From the NCBI RefSeq assembly GCF_044704955.1, contig NC_091977.1, positions 79,484,001 to 79,548,000 of the forward strand: a DNA stretch of 64,000 nucleotides. The letters are read 5' to 3'. A program made the translations under genes and the position numbers. The first letter of the stretch is position 1. Each line of letters starts with the position of its first letter. This stretch comes from Pristiophorus japonicus (lineage: Eukaryota). Under the pieces are notes generated by a model. The model worked only from the letters and a program-made list of their open reading frames with translations, made no database searches and was not told the DNA's origin. Positions 9,611 to 64,000 of this stretch are shown here, in pieces.

Positions 9611-12600
9611 ACACTACGCTGGGTGGCAGTGCGAGCTGCGAGGATGCTAGGTGGCTGCAGGAGGACTTGGACAGGTTAGATGAATATACTGCATCTGCCC
9701 AATGTGAGGTTATCCACTTTGGTTGCAAAAACAGGAAGGCGGATTAGTAAAAAGGGGAGGTGCAACAAGACCTGGGTGTCATGGTACATTAGTCATTGAA
9801 GGTAGGCATGTAGGTACAGCAGGCAGTACAGAAGGCAAATGGCATGCTGGCCTTCATAGCGAGGGGATTTGAGTATAGGAGCAGGGAGGTCTTACTGCAG
9901 TTGTACAGGGCCTTGGTGGGACCACATCTTAAGCAGTGTGTGCAGTTTTGGTCTCCTAATCTGAGGAAGGATATTGCTATTGAGGGAGTGCAGCGAAGGT
10001 TCACCAGACTGATTCCTGGGATAGCAGGACTGACATAAGACTGGATCGTCGAGGCTTATATTCACTGGAATTTAGAAGAATGAGAGGGGATCTCATAGAA
10101 ACATAAACTTCTGACAGGATTGGACAGGTTAGATGCAGGAAGAATGTTCCCGATGTTGGGAAAGTCCAGAACCAGGGGTCACAGTCTAAGGATAAGGGGT
10201 GAGCCATTTAGGACCGAGATGAGGAGAAACCTCTTCATTCAGAATTGTGAACCTGTGGAATTCTCTACCACAGAAAGTTGTTGAATCCAGTTCGTTAGAT
10301 ATATTCAAAAGGGAGTTAAATGTGGCCCTTACGGCTAAAGGGATCAAGGGGTATAGAGAGAAAGCAGAATGGGGTACTGAAGTTGCATGATCAGCCATGA
10401 TCTTATTGAATGGTGGTGCAGGCTCAAAGGGCTGAATGGCCTACTCCTGCACCTACTTTCTATGTTTCTGTGTCATCCAGTCTAATCCCAATTTCCAGCT
10501 CAAGGTCCATAACCCTGCAGGTAACTGCACTTAAAGTGCCCATCCAACCATCTCTTAAAAGTGGTGAGGGTTTCCTAGAGGATCTTTTACAAAGAGATCA
10601 TTTATTAATCCTGCCTCATTACATAGTACTAGATCGAAGATAGCCTGCTCCCTGGTTGGTTCCGCAACTTACTGTTCAGGGAAACTATCCAGAATACACT
10701 ACGAACTCTGAGGAGATATAACAATTAACACTATCAGCTAAACTGAGGGCCAGGAAGGGAAGTTGGGTGCTCAGCAGTTTAATGGAAATAAAGTCGTGGA
10801 AGCAGGAGGTGGGTCTTATGTACAAAATAAGCTCAGAGGGCATGAGTGGGGATAAGAGAGAAATTAGACAAAGTTGTAAGTTCAGGACTAGGGCAGGGGG
10901 GAATCTTAAGAGGAAGTTTGGCTCGGTGTGCTAAAGGAAGGGAGAGAAGCGGCAGAGGCAGTTGAACGGATGGTCTGAATCTTGGTGACGAAGGAGTCTA
11001 TTTAGCTCCTCATACTTGTTGGATGTGAGGCTGGAGGAGACAGGGGAGAGGGGTTTGCAGTAAAGAAGCCTGGGGTTATGTTTGCATTCTAGGATGATCC
11101 TGGATTAGTGAGCAGTTTTGGCAAACTAAAGCAGGACCCGATGGTGCTTTATGTGGTCGAGCCAGATCTGGCAGTGAATGGCTAAACCATATATAAACCG
11201 ACATATATGTTCAAGTCTGTGTCCCTTAGACGCAAGGGAGCAGAGGAGAGGGCTGTACCAGGGGGAACGACCAGGGAGAGAGACCATTAACATCTGGGTC
11301 CCTTGTATGACCTCATACCCAAGAATAAATTCAATTTGGTATCAGTCTTCACATCAAGACTTGTACAATGTTGTATTCTATGTGCAATACCAAAATTTGC
11401 AACTCCATTTACCAAACACAAAAGTGGGGGGGGGGGGGGGGGGGGGGAAAAGAGAGAAGGTGCAGGGTGAATGTTCCCTCCATCATGGAAGATTTAATGG
11501 CAGGTGGTGGAAGTTCCATAATGCAACATGTGAAGATGTTATACACAGAAGCAATTGAATTGGGTAACAAAAATTGTCACAACATACTTGAGAAGCCCTG
11601 AATCCTGTCAATAATCCTCCCCAAGTGTCTGTGGAATAAAAGAGCAATTTAGTTTGGTAATTATTCACTGACCAGTAAAAGGAATTACAAATATAGGAAC
11701 AGTGACGAACAGTAATGACCCTTACATATCACAATATATACTCTCCACCCCAATCAAAATCATGTGATCTCCTGGGAGAGGTGAAAAACCAACTTTCAAA
11801 AAAAAAACAGGCCCATTTGGGGGAGAAAAAAAAATCTGGGTAATTCCTCTCCAACCCATCGAGGTGATCAAAATTAGTCCAGGTCCACTGGCCTTGAATT
11901 CACTGCAGTACCAACCTTTTGCAAGAGGTGATCGCTACACCAACCAAAAACAGGTTCAGCTCTAGCTTGAAATAATTCAGTCAAGCAGCATCCACCATGC
12001 AAAACAGCAGCCTGTTCCAGAGGTACACTATTCTCTGGGAAAAGAACCACTTCCTGACATCTAACCTAGATCTGGCCTTTTACAACTTAAAATTTGTGAC
12101 CTCTGGTCCTCTCTAACCTACTGGAACAAACTGTCAACTGGAACACAATCTATTATCTTATAAACCTCAATTCAATCACCTCTTAGTTTACACTTCTCTA
12201 AAGTGTAGAGTCCCAATTCTTTTAGCCTATTTTGCAAACCAAGATGTTTTAAACTGGGAATTTAGTGGCCCTGCTCTACACCCTTTCCAAAACCTCAATA
12301 TCACCCCCATGTGAGACGACCAACACTAGACACAATATTTCACGTGAGGCCTGACCAAGATCTTGTTCAAGGGTAAAATAGTATGCCTCGTCTTGTACTC
12401 AATTGGCCTATGGATAAACCCCAACTCCCTATTTGCTTTAGCTATCACTTCACGGCATTGCTCATGCACCTTTAGCGATATATGCACAAGAATGCCCAAA
12501 TCTGTTTCTAACTCCACCTTCTTTAATGCTTTTTCCTAAAGGGTATATGAATGTTGCCCACATACATAACACTGCACTTATCCAAGTTATGCATCGTTTG

Positions 12601-12861
12601 CAGTCATGAGCCCAATCTCCCAACACATTAGGATTCACCTGAAGCAGATAAACATTTTCTACAGTCCTGACATTCACATGGATCTTAGTATCATCTGCAA
12701 ATTTGTAGAGTCTGCCCCCAAAACCCACATCATTAATAAAAATAAAGAGCAACAATCCCAATAACGATTCCTGTGGGACATCACTGGTGACCGGTCTCCA
12801 AACAGATCCAACTACTTTTTGCCTATGTCGTGCCAGCCAGTTCTCAATCCAGCTCAATATA

Positions 12862-13271
12862 CAGGTGTGACGTCCAAAATCCGAAAACCTCAGGATAGAG
12901 GCCGTTCTGGATATTTCCAGATTTTGGAACGTTTTTGCCTGGGCCGAGGAAGGTCGGTAGAGAAGGTCAGTTGGGCGAGCCTGGGGGAGGTCGGACGGGC
13001 TGAGGGAGGTGGGCCACGGCGGGGTCGGGCAGCTGAAAGTTGGGCTGAGGAAGGTTGGTTGGGTCGAGGTCGGGCTGAGGCCGGGAAAGGTTGGTCGGGT
13101 TGAGGTCGGGCCGTGGCGGAGGAAGGCCAGGCAAGGTCGGGCCGAGGCTGGGGGGAGGTCGGGTCGGCGAGGCAGGGGAGTCCGGATTTCGTGACATTTT
13201 CCGGTTTTTGGACGAGCCACCACGGATCGGCCTGGTATCCGGATTGCGGAACATTCCGGACGTCGCACCTG
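12862..13271. mobile_element. Tc1/mariner-type MITE with a GC-rich low-complexity core
   Basis: TA|CAGGTGTGACGTCC...GGACGTCGCACCTG|TA. Related to 45843-46077. Confidence 0.8.
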
Positions 13272-13358
13272 TATTACCACTAATACCAGAGGCTTCGATC
13301 TTAGAGAAGCCTCTTGTGCGGTACCTCATCAAAAGCTTTTTGGAAGTCTACGTACATA

Positions 13359-14227
13359 GGGGCCAAGTTTCGGCCTGAGTTGCTCCTGTTTTTTTTGGAG
13401 CAACTAGTTTAGAATGAGGTATCTTAAAAATTGCAATTCTCGGCATCGAGTTTGCTCCAGTTCAAGTTTGGAACAGATTTTATTTCAAAACGGGGCATAT
13501 CCGGCCACCTATGCCTGTTTTGAAAGTTTAGGCAGTGAAAACTTACTCCAAACTAACTTAGAATGGAGTAAGTGTAGATTTTTGTACGCTCAGGAAAAAC
13601 CTTACCGACACTTAGAAAATCAGGCATCGGTTACAAATCAGGTGTAGGGAATGGGGGTAGGGGTTTAAAGGGAAGTTTACAAACATTAAACACTTCAGTT
13701 TTACAAATAAAGAGCCATCAATCAATAAATCAATCAAAAAAAATTTTTAAAAAACATTTTCTACTTACCGACTGCAGCACCAGGAGCCCTCCAACAGCGT
13801 GCTGGGACGGCCCCCCCCCCACCCCCTGCAGTGTGTCTCTATCTCTGTCTGTGTCTCTCTCACTCTCTGTCTGTCAGTGTCTGTGTTTCTAACAGCGAGG
13901 GGAGGGAGGGAGGGAGGGAGGGTGGGAGGGAGAGGCTGATCCACGCAGCCCCAGTGAGGCCATTCGGCCAGGGCTAGGGGCTGCGTGCATTGGGCCCCTC
14001 CCACACAGTTTTGGGCGTCTGGAGCTACTGCACATGCGCGCCCACTGTATTCAGCGCAGGGACCTGGCTCCGTCCCCCCACAGCTCGTGCTGCGCCGTGC
14101 CCAGCTCCAGAGGACCTGCAGGGAGCTGGAGAATCGGTAAGTATTTTTTAGGCGCACTTTCTGGCGCGAAAAACAGGCGTCCAGGTCGGGGCTGCGCCAT
14201 TCTAGGCGCGGCCCGAAACTTGGGCCC
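13359..14227. mobile_element. PIF/Harbinger-like MITE
   Basis: TIR GGGGCCAAGTTTCGG...CCGAAACTTGGGCCC, 3-bp TSD ATA. Confidence 0.8.
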
Positions 14228-15127
14228 ATAATGTCAATGGGCTTCCCTCATCAACCAACTTAGTAACTTCTTCAAAAAATACAATTAGATTTAACTTTTT
14301 TTTAAATGAAGGGTGCCCCCCCCAATATGACCCTTTCTATCCAAGCATTCGTATATTGCATCCCTAATGGTTCCCTCATACTGATGTCAAACTAATGGGC
14401 CTACAGTTACCCAGATTCATCTTGTCATCTTTTTTAAAGATGGGAACTACATTAACCTTCTTCCAGTCTGCAGGAACCATTCCAGACTGCAGTGAACTAT
14501 TAAAAATACAGACTAGGGGCTTGCATAGCACATGTCCCTTCTCCCAGAAGACCCTCAGTGGATATCATCTGGCCCGCATGCTCTATTCTCAAGTTTTTCA
14601 TTCTTTCTAAAACAATGCGTTCATCTATGATAATATTACTAGTTTTGTTATTAAATTCTATTGGTTGAGCAGCATCTTTAAGAATGAAGACTGATGCGAA
14701 GTACTCGTTTTATATTTCTGCCATACCCAGCAAATCCTTTTTAACCTGTCTTTGAACATCCTTCAATGGCCCAATACAGTGTTTAAGACAATTCTGTCTT
14801 TTCAAATAACTGAAAAGCTTTTCCCATTACTGCCACAAATGTCTAGGGTCCTGTTTTCCATTAGCCTTTTAGTTGATTGAATAGCAGCCTTTATCTTCTT
14901 TAGTAGTTCCTCAATTCTAATTCTGTTTAGTGGAGTATTGAATGCCTTTAATTTATAGAAACATTTCTGATTACATCTTATTTGTCTTTGTGGTAAGGGA
15001 AATTTGAATGTTTGTAAGTACAGTTTCACAAATAAAATGAAAGGTCAAGTGTCTTAATTTACTTGGAAACATTTTACAGAAGTACAGCAAGTAAAACATT
15101 CAAACAATCACATATTTTTGCAAATCA

Positions 15128-15133
15128 TTTATT
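15128..15133 (-). terminator. Candidate PLAA polyadenylation signal AATAAA
   Basis: TTTATT on the + strand, about 170 nt downstream of the stop codon. Other AATAAA hexamers lie nearby. Confidence 0.4.
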
Positions 15134-15304
15134 CTTAATATTTTATTTATATGTTGCAATTTTCTTCTGCAACCGTTTCATCACGAGAATCAAACACTTC
15201 AGAATTTCTTCCTGCCATACGTCTCATTTGTCAGAGTTTACAGAACAATGTAAATCAAAATTGATACCACTTAGCCGTAACACATCAAAATCTACAATCG
15301 GCAA

Positions 15305-63520
<48,216 letters not shown>

Positions 63521-64000
63521 GTCGGCCTCCTTGACTCTGCGGTCCGGGTGCGGCGCCACTGCATTCTGGGAGAGGGGAAACCACACCTTTTTAAAATATC
63601 TTATAAAATATACAACTCGAGTGAAAACCGCAAATTATTTGTCCGCGTATATATTAAAATATATATATATATATATATAGGTATATACACGTTAACCATT
63701 ATTAACGTGCCGCGGACAGGTCAGAGGTGCGTCGCCATGGTAACCGCCATCAAAGGCTGATGATTATAATTGCCCGCGCCGCACAAAGATCGTCATTTCA
63801 TTCCGGTTAGAAAAAAAATTAACGGCAGTTTTTGTTATAATCAGTTAAGGGAGAAATAAAACAAGACGTTAATTTTGTCTTGTGTCGGTAGTTGAAGGAA
63901 ACATTGCGACAGCAAACAAATTCTGTCCGCCGGCGGAGGGAGAGAGACGGAAAGTGAGCGTCTGCAGCCCCTCACAACGACATCTAGAGGTGCGGATGAG
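63521..64000. promoter_or_regulatory. Putative bidirectional promoter for PLAA and a divergent gene (IFT74 expected from synteny), with an RFX X-box
   Basis: CpG-rich; GTCGCCATGGTAAC at 63731-63744. No IFT74 coding sequence lies in the window. Confidence 0.6.

Larger units (their letters stand above)
2036..10471 (+). mobile_element. CR1 LINE 3' part, split by the ERV (2036-2746 and 9611-10471)
   Basis: RT motifs QHGFIKGKSCLTNLLEFF, YLDFQKAFDKVPH, KFADDT. The sequence resumes exactly after the ERV and ends in a typical CR1 3' end. Confidence 0.9.
11750..14900 (-). mobile_element. Old CR1 LINE fragment interrupted by two MITEs
   Basis: DLGILV...VRPHVKYCV, VPQESLLG, KFADDTK on the minus strand. 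Confidence 0.75.

Noticed and set aside
11426-11447. Poly-G run as a functional G-quadruplex
   Set aside because: Homopolymer of uncertain assembly length; similar runs occur inside repeats elsewhere with no supporting context
12462-13280. 272-aa Pro-rich ORF
   Set aside because: Chance read-through from a GC-rich MITE into a CR1 RT remnant

Overview
Eukaryotic genomic DNA, almost certainly from a cartilaginous fish (shark-type CR1, RTE, Deu-SINE and Penelope repeats); the species cannot be fixed from sequence alone. The window holds the complete 14-exon PLAA gene on the minus strand (ATG 63520, stop 15305, 2406 nt CDS, 801 aa, all junctions GT-AG). Exon 1 of CAAP1 lies at the left edge (minus strand). 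At the right edge is a putative bidirectional promoter with a canonical RFX X-box, where IFT74 is expected from human synteny. Between CAAP1 and PLAA is a complete but degenerate endogenous retrovirus (2747-9610) nested in a CR1. It has two LTRs, an ACAC TSD, a tRNA-Ser PBS, a candidate -1 gag-pol frameshift, an RT resembling snakehead retrovirus, and a gamma-type env with an internal deletion. The rest is nested CR1, L2, RTE, Vingi, Penelope, SINE and MITE debris. Notable oddities are a strand-specific T>C (A>G on the RNA strand) hypermutated CR1 segment, a templated inverted duplication, hammerhead-like motifs, and Harbinger-like MITEs with variable cores. All alignments and counts were made by eye, and repeat boundaries without a TSD are approximate.
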